Shown piece by piece: positions 24,007 through 32,802 of a stretch of 53,909 nt of DNA (positions are counted from its first letter, which is position 1; every line of letters starts with the position of its first letter). The notes below the pieces were generated by a model, which made no database searches, was not told the DNA's origin, and saw only the letters and a list, made by a program, of their open reading frames with translations. Both the position numbers and the translations under genes were made by a program. The DNA comes from a virus (Duplodnaviria; Caudoviricetes): IMG/VR virus record IMGVR_UViG_3300048597_000276, positions 1 to 53,909 of that record, one strand, 5' to 3'.

Positions 24007-26532
24007 TCAGCCGGGCGGCTTGTTGGCTTTGGTGTCCCGGTAGCTGCCGCCGAACTTGCCGTCGGCGAGGCGCGAGGCCTCGGCCGATTCCTCCGGGGTG
24101 ATGTAGGCCGGGATCTCATCCGCGATCGTCGCGGGCAGCAGGATCGACCGGCACCGGTAGTGGTTCGGCGGCGTGTAGCGGGCCAGCTCGGGATCGTCGA
24201 TCCGCCAGCTCTTGCCGTGCAGGTGGCGGCAGATCGGCGTGGTGCGGCTGTCCAGCACGGCCGAGTAGGTCATGCCCTTGACCAGGCCCAGGCCGCCGAG
24301 ACGGCGTGCCTCCACGAGCCTGCCTTGGTTGTAGGCGTCCGTCGAGACCGTGCGCACGACGGTCAGCAGCCGGTCGGGCATCAGCGCCTTCGGGTCGGCG
24401 TCGGCCGCACCGATCCAGGGGGCCAGGGCATCGAGCAGCCGGCTCGCGGTGCCGGTGAAGGCGCGCCCCTCGCGCAGGCCGCCCAGGATCTCGCCGCGGA
24501 CGAGCTCGGTCAGCGTCTCGCTGAGCCCGGTGACGAAGAAGTCGCCCTTGGCCTCGAGGTAGGCGAGTGCCGCCTTCGGGTCGTAGCTCGGCCGCTCGGC
24601 CTCGAGCTGGACCTGCCCGACCTCGCGCTTGGCGTCGCTCCGGCCCTGGCCGTAGACCTTACGCTGTGCGGCCATGATCGCCGTGCGCACCGAGGGTGCG
24701 AGCGACACCTTGACCTTCCCGGCCCGCTTGAGCGTCGGCGGAGACTTCGCCCAGGCGTCGATCTGCCGCCGCAGGTCCCGGCGCAGGGCGGCGGCGATCG
24801 CCTGCACCGCATCGTCATCGACGCCGCCCAGCCGGTCCAGGATCTTCGCCAGCTCGGCGCGCTTCTCCTGCGGGGTCAGGGTCTCCTCGCGGACGTCGGG
24901 CCGCGGGTCCTCCTCGACGGTGAAGTCTTCCTCGGTGATCGGCGGGTCGTTCGGATCGCGCTCGGGCTTCTTGAAGGCCTGGAGCATCCGCTCGCGCGCG
25001 AGCGCCCGCATGTCGGCTTCCTCGGCCTCGGGCTTATCTTCCTCCTCGTCCTCCCCCTCATCTTCCGGCGGCGCGCCACCGCCCGGCGGCGTCGGATCCT
25101 CGGGGTCCTCGGGGCCCTCCGGCTCCGGGTCCGGTTCGGGCTCGGGCGGAGGGGCCACCATCGGCTCCTCCCCGAACTCGGCATCCGGAGGCAGGCCGAC
25201 CGCGCGGCGGACCTCGTTCTTGCGCAGGGCCGGGGCGACCTTCTCCAGCGCCGAGATCGGGATCCGCGGGTCGAGGTTGGCGTCGTCCGACAGCTCGTCG
25301 ATCTGCCGCTTGGGGAAGCCCAGCGAGGAGCGCAGGTGATCCTCGTCCTGCCCGCGGGCGATCACGGCGCCGGCGCCGACCAGGCTGGCCCAGGCGGTCG
25401 CCAGCTTGTCGACCTGCTCGTCGGTGAGCGGGTTGAACCTGAAGATCGGGTAGGCGCCGTCGGTGTCGAAGTTGAAGTCGACCATTCGGCGGATGATCTG
25501 GGCCTGGACCGTCTCCTCGCTGAGGTCGCGCTGCACGTACTGGCAGTGCAGGATGAACATGTCGAAGCTGACCCGGGCGCGGGCATAGCTGCCCAGGGCG
25601 TCGGGCGACAGGCCGATGAAGCCCGGCATCAGCAGGCCGCGCGCCATGCCCTGCTGCATCATCTCGATCGCGGGCTTGAACAGCTGGTCGACATGGCCGG
25701 AATGGCTGGGGCTCCAGAACTCGAAGTGGTCCTTCGCTGCCCGAGGGATCGCTGCCACCGTGGCCGACTGGATGTTCTCCAGCACCTCCTGCAGGTCCTG
25801 GCGCGCCGCTTTGTCCAGGCTCTCGGGGTTGTATAGCGCGAACAGCGGCGGCACCCCCTGGCGTTCCAAAAACTGGGCCAGCCACTTCCAGCTCTCGCCC
25901 TCGAGCTTCCAGGGTCGGTAGGCCGCCTCGAGGTCGCTCTCACCATAGACCTGATCGTGGCTGGCGCCATAGACGTAGATCAGCAGCTTCTTGGGATCGT
26001 AGAGTGCTCCGTCCACGTCGTTGCGCACGCGGATGACGTTGTTGAAGGCGTCGGTCTCGAAGGTGAAGTCGTGGGGCCGCTTGGGCTTGATCTTGCGCAG
26101 GCCGACCAGCCCGGCGTCCTCGCCGTAGGGGATGATCTCCCAGACCATCTCCGCGATCGAGAACCCGTACTCCATCGCGCGCAGCGCCTTGTGCAGGACC
26201 CGGTCGAGCGAGGTCTCCATGGCCGCGAGCCGTCGCTGGACGAACAGCGTCGGCGGCCAGTCTTCGGGCATGTCGGCTGGAGATTGGACCGACCAGCCCG
26301 GCGCCAGTATTGTGTCGCGCTTGAAGCTGAGGGCGGCCTTGATTTGGTCCGACCTTCGCATGAGGTCGAACACCTTGAGTCCCTGCTTTCCGACCAACTC
26401 GGATGTATTGTAGACGAGGCCGGTCTGGCCGCGAACGAAGCTGTTCCAGCCGACGATGACTTCGCCACCGAGGGCCGGCGCCGCGATCGACGCGGTGTTC
26501 AAAGGGCGGCGTCGCGTTGCGGCTCGGGCCAT
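24007..26532 (-). CDS. portal (DUF935 / Mu gp29-like) fused to Mu gpF minor head domain
   Basis: YGFSIAEMVW, YGESDL, FLERQGVP; acidic Pro-rich linker; YSAVLDSRTTPICRHLHG...PPNHYRCRS. Confidence 0.88.
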   Translation of the reverse strand: MARAATRRRPLNTASIAAPALGGEVIVGWNSFVRGQTGLVYNTSELVGKQGLKVFDLMRRSDQIKAALSFKRDTILAPGWSVQSPADMPEDWPPTLFVQRRLAAMETSLDRVLHKALRAMEYGFSIAEMVWEIIPYGEDAGLVGLRKIKPKRPHDFTFETDAFNNVIRVRNDVDGALYDPKKLLIYVYGASHDQVYGESDLEAAYRPWKLEGESWKWLAQFLERQGVPPLFALYNPESLDKAARQDLQEVLENIQSATVAAIPRAAKDHFEFWSPSHSGHVDQLFKPAIEMMQQGMARGLLMPGFIGLSPDALGSYARARVSFDMFILHCQYVQRDLSEETVQAQIIRRMVDFNFDTDGAYPIFRFNPLTDEQVDKLATAWASLVGAGAVIARGQDEDHLRSSLGFPKRQIDELSDDANLDPRIPISALEKVAPALRKNEVRRAVGLPPDAEFGEEPMVAPPPEPEPDPEPEGPEDPEDPTPPGGGAPPEDEGEDEEEDKPEAEEADMRALARERMLQAFKKPERDPNDPPITEEDFTVEEDPRPDVREETLTPQEKRAELAKILDRLGGVDDDAVQAIAAALRRDLRRQIDAWAKSPPTLKRAGKVKVSLAPSVRTAIMAAQRKVYGQGRSDAKREVGQVQLEAERPSYDPKAALAYLEAKGDFFVTGLSETLTELVRGEILGGLREGRAFTGTASRLLDALAPWIGAADADPKALMPDRLLTVVRTVSTDAYNQGRLVEARRLGGLGLVKGMTYSAVLDSRTTPICRHLHGKSWRIDDPELARYTPPNHYRCRSILLPATIADEIPAYITPEESAEASRLADGKFGGSYRDTKANKPPG

Positions 26533-26533
26533 G

Positions 26534-28204
26534 TCAGATGTCCAGGGTTGCGGCGGTGAGGCGCCCGCCGATGATGATGTTTCCGCTCTCCAGCGTCGAG
26601 ACCGAAGGCTCGTGCATCGAGAGCGCCGCGGCATCGAACCAGTCCGGGCTCTTGATCCCGCGCTGCTTCAGCTCGTCCTTGCCCTCGATCTCAATCTTGG
26701 TCCCGCGCCGGCGGTACTTGACCACGCACAGCTCGGCTTCCAGCTCGGGGTTCGGCTCGAGCAGCAGGCACAGGTTCTGATCGTGGGCGACGCCGCCTGG
26801 CTGCCCGGTCAGGTGCAGGTGGAGCTCGTGGCTGGCGCGGAACCGCTCGCGGAGCAGCCAGCACAGCTCGGCCTTGAGGTTGGCGAAGGTCTCGGCCGAG
26901 GTTCGCCGGTCCTTCCAGATCCGGGTCGTCGACGCCGATCCGCCCCAGTTCGTGGGATGGATCCTGGGCCGATCCTGATCGCCGGCATTGGTCAGCGAGA
27001 AGGTGGCCTTGACCCCCTCGCCCACCCCGACCGAATCGTAGATGAGGCGCTCGATCTGGTCCTTGCGGGCCAGGTCCAGGGCCCACAGCGCCGTGGCCGA
27101 GGTGTCGGTGACCTGGAGGCTCGAGCCCTTGGGCATCAGCTCCCCGATCCGGGGCTGGTAGACGGACAGGTCGCGGCCGGCGCCGACGTCGAGGCCAGCG
27201 GTGCGGCTGAGGTGCGTCGGGTGCGGCAGCAGGCGCCAGAGTTCCTTGGCCGCCTCGACCCAGGCCCGCTCGATCAGCAGGTTCGGCGTGCTGAGCGAGT
27301 AATCTATGTCAACCTCAGCCGCGAAGGCCAGTGCGCCGATGCGCCGCTTCTCGGCGGCGGCCCAGGGCTCGTCCTTCCAGGGATGGTCGCGCCAGTGGAC
27401 CGTCATCACGCGGGCACCGCCGCCATGCCGTTGGCGGTAGAAGAAGTTGCCCATGCCGTTGGCCGAGGACACCCAGCCGCGGCAGTTGGTGGTGTAGGAC
27501 AGCGCGCGGTTCAGGGCGTCGGGGTGGTCGACATATGCAGCCTCGTCGACGAAGTAGGCCGCCATCCGGCCGCCGCGTCCGGCCTCGCTGCCCTGCTCGC
27601 CGATGATGACGTTGCCGTTCTGGGGGTTGATGATCCGTTTGAACGGGCAGTGCGCCTCGCGGTCGAACCCGGGCGGGCGCAGCCACCAGGGCATGTAGTC
27701 CAGCATGAGCCGGATCTTCTCAAAGATCGTCGATGGGTTGCCCAGCTGATCGACGTTGCGCTCTAGGTTGGAGCAGAAGCCGATCGGGAAGTTGGGCACG
27801 AACAGGTAGTATTTGAGGGCGATGCCGCAGTTCAGATACGACATGCCCATGTCTCTGCTCTTGTCACAGAGCCAGTCGACCGGCGGCCCCGTCATGCTGT
27901 CGCGGATCGCCTGCTCGACGAAGGCCACGTAGCGCCGCTGGATCGGCCACAGCACCATGGGATAGTGCTTCATGTGCCGGGGCTCGAAGGCGAAGGCGAA
28001 GTGGTCGAAGAAGAACGCGGTGTCGCGCCGGCAGCGTTCGATCAGGGCGGCGCGCAGCTTCCGGTCGTGCTCGGCCTCGGTGTAGAGCGTGGCCCGGCGG
28101 ACCAGCTCGGCGCGCAGCGCCGGCGCCCGCTCCTCGCCGGTGCGGCCGACATACCAGTGGATCGGCTCAAGAAGGCCCGAGGGTTCGCTGACGCAGATAG
28201 TCAC
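26534..28204 (-). CDS. terL: terminase large subunit
   Basis: KSRDMGMS P-loop, GRGGR...FVDEAA Walker B, GLDVG and KSPDWFDA nuclease motifs. Confidence 0.92.
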   Translation of the reverse strand: MTICVSEPSGLLEPIHWYVGRTGEERAPALRAELVRRATLYTEAEHDRKLRAALIERCRRDTAFFFDHFAFAFEPRHMKHYPMVLWPIQRRYVAFVEQAIRDSMTGPPVDWLCDKSRDMGMSYLNCGIALKYYLFVPNFPIGFCSNLERNVDQLGNPSTIFEKIRLMLDYMPWWLRPPGFDREAHCPFKRIINPQNGNVIIGEQGSEAGRGGRMAAYFVDEAAYVDHPDALNRALSYTTNCRGWVSSANGMGNFFYRQRHGGGARVMTVHWRDHPWKDEPWAAAEKRRIGALAFAAEVDIDYSLSTPNLLIERAWVEAAKELWRLLPHPTHLSRTAGLDVGAGRDLSVYQPRIGELMPKGSSLQVTDTSATALWALDLARKDQIERLIYDSVGVGEGVKATFSLTNAGDQDRPRIHPTNWGGSASTTRIWKDRRTSAETFANLKAELCWLLRERFRASHELHLHLTGQPGGVAHDQNLCLLLEPNPELEAELCVVKYRRRGTKIEIEGKDELKQRGIKSPDWFDAAALSMHEPSVSTLESGNIIIGGRLTAATLDI

Positions 28205-28592
28205 TGAGCTGCTCGTCGGTCATGTTCGCGATCTCGGTCGCGGTGTGGCGATGCTCGATCGGGCCGCCATCCTTGCCCGTGACCTCCACCCGGTTCCTGC
28301 CGTAGCCGCGCGATCCGCCCTTGTTGTCGAGGTAGTACCGGATCGCCCAGGGCTCGGCGCGCTTGGCCGCCGCCTTCAGGTGCCCCTCGGTGATGTCCAG
28401 ATCGCGCTCCTCGATCTCGCCCAGCGCCTTGCGCAGACGCTCGGACCGCTGGATGCGGTAGCTCATCTGCTGCCGGCTGCAGGGCCGGCCGAAGGTCCGC
28501 TCCAGCAGCTCGGCGGCGACGGCCTGGATCCCCGCCGCCTTGCTCAGGGCGTCGATGATCTGGGCTTCGGTGTAGTAGGGCCGCTTCGGCAT
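28167..28592 (-). CDS. terS: terminase small subunit
   Basis: N-terminal HTH, AIRYYL.NKG..RGY, EVTGKDGGPI; directly upstream of TerL. Confidence 0.82.
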   Translation of the reverse strand: MPKRPYYTEAQIIDALSKAAGIQAVAAELLERTFGRPCSRQQMSYRIQRSERLRKALGEIEERDLDITEGHLKAAAKRAEPWAIRYYLDNKGGSRGYGRNRVEVTGKDGGPIEHRHTATEIANMTDEQLSDYLRQRTLGPS

Positions 28593-28644
28593 GGGCCGGA
28601 CCATAGTCCTACCCGCCGCTCGGTTCAACTCCGCTAGCCCCTTG

Positions 28645-28656
28645 GGTTAGCAACGC
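28645..28656 (-). promoter_or_regulatory. candidate late-promoter motif GCGTTGCTAACC
   Basis: Upstream of terS; repeated at 18557. Confidence 0.5.
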
Positions 28657-28696
28657 GGGCTATGGACCCGCGCGGCGGCCGGCCGTATCATCCGCC

Positions 28697-28762
28697 TCGG
28701 AGCAATCCATTGTTCCCCGCAGTGACTAGGGCCGGCCCCACCAGGGCTGGCCCTTTCTTTTT
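28697..28762 (+). ncRNA. candidate ~65-nt sRNA
   Basis: TGGACC-N17-TATCAT promoter (28663-28691), short hairpin, then GC-rich terminator with TTTCTTTTT. Confidence 0.45.
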
Positions 28763-28780
28763 GGCCTATGCGTAGCGGGC

Positions 28781-28797
28781 CTATACTGCTAGTATAG
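28781..28797 (+). promoter_or_regulatory. early promoter/operator repeat, copy 1
   Basis: CTATACTGCTAGTATAG, perfect 7-bp inverted repeat. Confidence 0.85.
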
Positions 28798-28834
28798 CAG
28801 GCGTAACCAAGAATCCTTCCGCAGGAGTCCGCAA

Positions 28835-29530
28835 ATGGACGCAGCCGTGATGACCGACGCCGATGCAGTCAAGGTGCTGCTGGCCAAGGTCGACCAGCTC
28901 CCCGCCGACAAGCAGGGCTTCGCCCGCGACTTGGTGAAGGGCTACTACCGCTACGGCAACTGGACCGAGAAGCAGGCCCGCTGGGGCCACCGCCTGGCGC
29001 ACCTGGCCAACGGCGAGACGCCGGTCGAGCTGCCCAAGGTCGAGAACCTCGCCGGCCTCGTCGAGATGTTCGACCGGGCGGCGGCAAAGACCAAGTGGCC
29101 GAAGCTCACCTTCGACGAGAGCGCCGCCGGCGTGCCGCTGCAGCTCGGCCGCGCCGGGCCGAACGCCGGGCAGCCGGGCTCGGTGAACTGCACCGACGGC
29201 GGCCGCTACGGGTCGAACCGCTGGTACGGGCGGGTCGAGCGTAGCGGGACCTTCGTCCCCTCCAACGACTGCCCGGCTGAGCTGATCGAGTTCCTCAAGC
29301 TGCTGGCCGGCGACACCGCCAACGTGGCGGCGATGTACGGGAAGCGCACCGGCTGCTGCTGCGCCTGCAACACGCCGCTGACCGACGCCCGCTCGGTCGA
29401 GATCGGCTACGGGCCGGTCTGCGCGAAGAAGTTCGGGTGGCCCTACCCGACCAAGGCCGAGTTCGAGGGCCGCCCCGGGAAGAAGAAGCGGAAGGGAGGT
29501 GGTGACGCCCAGCTGTCCCTCGCGGCCTGA
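28835..29530 (+). CDS. DUF6011-like zinc-binding protein
   Basis: C-terminal GCCCACNTPLTDARSVEIGYGPVC. Confidence 0.75.
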   Translation: MDAAVMTDADAVKVLLAKVDQLPADKQGFARDLVKGYYRYGNWTEKQARWGHRLAHLANGETPVELPKVENLAGLVEMFDRAAAKTKWPKLTFDESAAGVPLQLGRAGPNAGQPGSVNCTDGGRYGSNRWYGRVERSGTFVPSNDCPAELIEFLKLLAGDTANVAAMYGKRTGCCCACNTPLTDARSVEIGYGPVCAKKFGWPYPTKAEFEGRPGKKKRKGGGDAQLSLAA

Positions 29531-29696
29531 TGCGGGCCGCGCGACCCCGAAGGATGGAGGCCATCATGTAACCGATCCGGGAACGCGGGCCGCTCACTCG
29601 TGCGGACGTAGTGCATCCGGCCCGCGCCTTCCCCCTGCAACCGCCCTACGCGGGCTGTTCCAGGGCGATGGTGCCCACTAGACCAGGAGATTTGCG

Positions 29697-30083
29697 ATGC
29701 GATCCATTCTGCTGGCTGCCACGGCAGCCATGGCCGTCATCGGCGTCGCCCAGGCGGCGTCGCCGAACCCCGAGTGCCAGCCCTGGCTCGACATGCGCGC
29801 CGCGGTCGGCAACGAGCTCGAGCGCGTGCTGTGGAGTGGCCGGCTCGAGGACGGGTCCGAGATCCTCATCACCGTGCGCCTCGACGAGGCCGGCGGCTAC
29901 GGCGACACCTTCACGGTCGTCACCAAGCAGGACCGGACCCAGGTCAACGCCGAGGCCTGCATGCTGATGCGCGGCACGACCAACCGGCTGAGCGAGACCT
30001 TCGGCGGTCCCCCGGGCCCGCCGCCGGCACCCGCCGTCGCCCCGGCCGTGATCGAGCCGCCCACCTTCACCCTGCCGGGCTGA
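29697..30083 (+). CDS. secreted hypothetical protein
   Basis: AGGAG RBS; signal peptide ending AQA. Confidence 0.7.
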   Translation: MRSILLAATAAMAVIGVAQAASPNPECQPWLDMRAAVGNELERVLWSGRLEDGSEILITVRLDEAGGYGDTFTVVTKQDRTQVNAEACMLMRGTTNRLSETFGGPPGPPPAPAVAPAVIEPPTFTLPG

Positions 30084-30091
30084 TGCCCTAC

Positions 30092-30119
30092 TTGACCAGC
30101 GGCGCTAGACGGATAGGCT
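30092..30119 (+). promoter_or_regulatory. sigma70-like promoter containing AGCGGCGCT palindrome
   Basis: TTGACC-N16-TAGGCT; palindrome also at 32746 and 37066. Confidence 0.55.
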
Positions 30120-30151
30120 AGCGTCGCCACCCTTCCACAAGGAGACCGAAG

Positions 30152-30490
30152 ATGGATGCTGCCGCGCAGCGCGCATGCGAAGCCCGGTTGGGCGAGTTCC
30201 AGCGCCATATCCGCGACCTGATCGTCGCGCATCTGGCCAAGCACGCCGACCTCCATATCGACACCGTGCGCTGCACGGTGACCAGGGGACCGGCCTGGGA
30301 CAAAGACCAGCTGGCGCAGGTCGCGTCCGAGATCTGCGTCGGCTTGGCCGTCGAGGCGGGCCGCGCGATCGCGTCCAACGTCGCCATCGATTCCGTGCCC
30401 GCCTGCCTGCAGTCGGCAGTCCGGTCCATGGGTGCCGGCGTCGCCGAGGTCCTGGAGGAGCGCATGGCAACGGAGGCCGGCCATGGCTGA
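30152..30490 (+). CDS. hypothetical protein
   Basis: Conserved leader CCTTCCACAAGGAGA. Confidence 0.65.
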   Translation: MDAAAQRACEARLGEFQRHIRDLIVAHLAKHADLHIDTVRCTVTRGPAWDKDQLAQVASEICVGLAVEAGRAIASNVAIDSVPACLQSAVRSMGAGVAEVLEERMATEAGHG

Positions 30491-30815
30491 GCAGATGACG
30501 GCAAAGAAGGTCCAGCCGCGTCCCGACGGGGATACCTTCGAGCGCACGAAGGCGCTGAGCGCCAAGCTGCACGAATTCATGGTCGACTGGTTCGCGGAGC
30601 AGGGGCTCGGCGCCGAGATCCCCGAGCGCGACCGCGCCAAGCTGACCGACGCGCAGATCGCGGCGACCTTCGCCCTGCTGAGTGAGGTCGGCTATCTGTT
30701 CGGCACCATGGGGTTCTCGATGGACGTCGTGCGGAAGATAGCCCTGCCGGTGATCGCGCACGCGCACGCCGAAGTGACCCGCCGCGCCGAGGCCTTGGAG
30801 GCGTCCGATGGATAG
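30483..30815 (+). CDS. hypothetical protein
   Basis: GGAGG RBS; overlaps both neighbours. Confidence 0.65.
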   Translation: MAEQMTAKKVQPRPDGDTFERTKALSAKLHEFMVDWFAEQGLGAEIPERDRAKLTDAQIAATFALLSEVGYLFGTMGFSMDVVRKIALPVIAHAHAEVTRRAEALEASDG

Positions 30816-32586
30816 CCCGAACACGCTGGATCCGCTGGTCCGCTCGGTGCCGTTCCGCACGCTCGAGGCCGGCCCGAACCCGCGCCAGCACGACAAGGCC
30901 TACCTCAAGACCCTGGCCGCCAGCATCAAGGCGCTGGGCCTCTTGCAGCCGCTCGGCGTCGTGCCGATCGACGGCGGCAAGCGGGGCCAGGTCCGCTACG
31001 GCAACGGCCGGCTCGCGGCCCTGAAGCTGCTCAAGACCAAGCCCGAGACGCCGATCCCGATCGTGCTGGTGCGCGACGACGACGAGGCCATGGTCCAGGC
31101 CGCGGCCCTGGCCGAGAACCGCGTGCGCGCACCGATGAACCCGCTGGAGGAGTGCGATGCGTTCTGCGCCCTGATCGACCAGGGCAAGAGCGTGGACGAG
31201 GTCGCGGCGTGGTTCGCAGTCACCGACCGGTTCGTGCGCCAGCGCCTCCAGCTCCGCCAGCTGGCGCCCGCGTTCCGGTCGCTCGTCGTCGCCGGCGAGA
31301 TCACGCTCGACCTCGCGGGCTCGCTGGCCATCCTCCCGGCCGAGCGGCAGGCCAAGGTGCTCGCCGACGCGAAGCAGCGCGGCTGGAAGCCGGGCGGCAA
31401 GGGCGACTACAGCAGCTTCCCGGACTGGCTGATCCACAACGCGATCCGTGATCGCCAAGTCGAGGCGAAGCACGCTCTGTTCGACGTCGAGGCCGCGGGC
31501 ATCAGGATCGACCGCGACCTGTTCGACGACAAGGACGAGGGCAAGGTCCTGGCCGAGGACGTGGAGCGGTTCCTGGCGCTCCAGACCGAGGCCGCGAAGG
31601 CGAAGGGGCCGGCCGTGGCCGAGAAGAACGGCTGTGCCGCCTGGATATGGGACGACGACATCGAAGATCAGCTGTGGACGCTGGGCTACCGCTACGTCCC
31701 CAGGGACAAGGACGGCAACCTGAAGATCGAGCCCGGGCACGAGCTCGTCGCCGTCGGCGATCTTCTGTCGACCGGCGAGCCGCGATGGCTGCTCCAGCAG
31801 CGGCCGATCGGCGGCAAGAAGCCCAAGCCTGACGATGATGATGACGAGGATCGCGAGCGCGATCCGCTCCGCGACTACGCCGAGCGCCACGCCGACCGGG
31901 ACAAGCCCGAGGACCAGGAGAAGGTCGGCCAGTCGCTGGAGAACGCGATCCGCGAGGTCCAGGCGCTGATCGCCGCCGGGCAGCTGCTCGCGGATCCGAC
32001 GCTGGCGCTGCGGCTGGCGATCGTCCAGGTCATCAAGGCCGGTCGGTACCGGTACGCCGCGCACCTGGGCAGCATCGTGCCTGGGCACCCGAGCGTGGCC
32101 GCGGAATCGGTGCGGCAGGCGTTCAAGGTGCTGTCCGACCTGGGCGGGTCGAAGCTGTGCCAGGGCGCTGCGGGCGACGCGAAGGCCTACGGGTCCGAGG
32201 CGCGGAACCTGCACTCGGACCTGATCCCCGCCCGGCTGTACGAGGGCGTGATGGCGGCCGACGAGAGCCAGCTGCCGCAACTGCTCGCGGCCGCGATGGT
32301 GCTGGCGATGGACCCGTGCGGCAGCCTCGTGCAGGCCGTGCGCAAGCACAGCACCGTGCCCGAGGGCAAGTTCTACTGCCTGGGCGAGTACGAGCTGGGC
32401 AAGCTGACCAAGGACCAGCTGCTCGAGCAGGCCAAGGCGGCGGGGCTCGAGGGTGTGGACGCCAAGACCAGAAAGGAGGTCGTCAAGGCGATCATGGCGA
32501 AGGGTCTGGCGGCGCGCGACGCCGGTAGCGAGGCGCCGATCCTGCCGATCCTCGCCAAGGCCAGGAACCGCACCGGGGACTGGTGA
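30808..32586 (+). CDS. long ParB/Srx-domain protein (plasmid/ICE type)
   Basis: NPR, LAASIKALGLLQPLGV, GNGRLAAL, LAENRVRAPMNPLEE, HTH. Confidence 0.85.
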   Translation: MDSPNTLDPLVRSVPFRTLEAGPNPRQHDKAYLKTLAASIKALGLLQPLGVVPIDGGKRGQVRYGNGRLAALKLLKTKPETPIPIVLVRDDDEAMVQAAALAENRVRAPMNPLEECDAFCALIDQGKSVDEVAAWFAVTDRFVRQRLQLRQLAPAFRSLVVAGEITLDLAGSLAILPAERQAKVLADAKQRGWKPGGKGDYSSFPDWLIHNAIRDRQVEAKHALFDVEAAGIRIDRDLFDDKDEGKVLAEDVERFLALQTEAAKAKGPAVAEKNGCAAWIWDDDIEDQLWTLGYRYVPRDKDGNLKIEPGHELVAVGDLLSTGEPRWLLQQRPIGGKKPKPDDDDDEDRERDPLRDYAERHADRDKPEDQEKVGQSLENAIREVQALIAAGQLLADPTLALRLAIVQVIKAGRYRYAAHLGSIVPGHPSVAAESVRQAFKVLSDLGGSKLCQGAAGDAKAYGSEARNLHSDLIPARLYEGVMAADESQLPQLLAAAMVLAMDPCGSLVQAVRKHSTVPEGKFYCLGEYELGKLTKDQLLEQAKAAGLEGVDAKTRKEVVKAIMAKGLAARDAGSEAPILPILAKARNRTGDW

Positions 32587-32592
32587 AGGTGG

Positions 32593-32621
32593 TTGACCGG
32601 CAGTCTAGCACCGCCTATGTC
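32593..32621 (+). promoter_or_regulatory. promoter of the candidate antisense sRNA
   Basis: TTGACC-N17-TATGTC. Confidence 0.6.
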
Positions 32622-32626
32622 AAGGT

Positions 32627-32730
32627 TTCTTCGAGGGTACGGCTCACGCCGTTCTCTCTCTTGTGGAAGGAAGGGCCGTTTCCGGCCCTAATTCGGGGCC
32701 GGCCTCGCGAGGGGCTGGCCCTTTCTTTTT
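32627..32730 (+). ncRNA. candidate multi-target antisense sRNA (anti-RBS of early genes)
   Basis: Hairpin 32639-32652, unpaired TCTCTCTCTTGTGGAAGGA 32653-32671, hairpin 32672-32689, terminator 32695-32730; the core is complementary to ~18 early-gene leaders. Confidence 0.72.
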
Positions 32731-32802
32731 GCGCCCGACTTGTCCAGCGGCGCTGGTCGGTCGGTGTATCACTTCCCAACCGCGCACGAAGGAGTAGCGC
32801 AC

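Noticed and set aside
28781-28800. Repeat as a LexA/SOS box
   Set aside because: CTG-N9-CAG does not fit the CTG-N10-CAG spacing, and it is not the alphaproteobacterial GTTC-N7-GTTC box.
32617-32670. Minus-strand gene using CCTTCCACAAGAGAGAG as its own leader
   Set aside because: Only a 10-codon ORF follows, and the flanking promoter and terminator both point in the plus direction.
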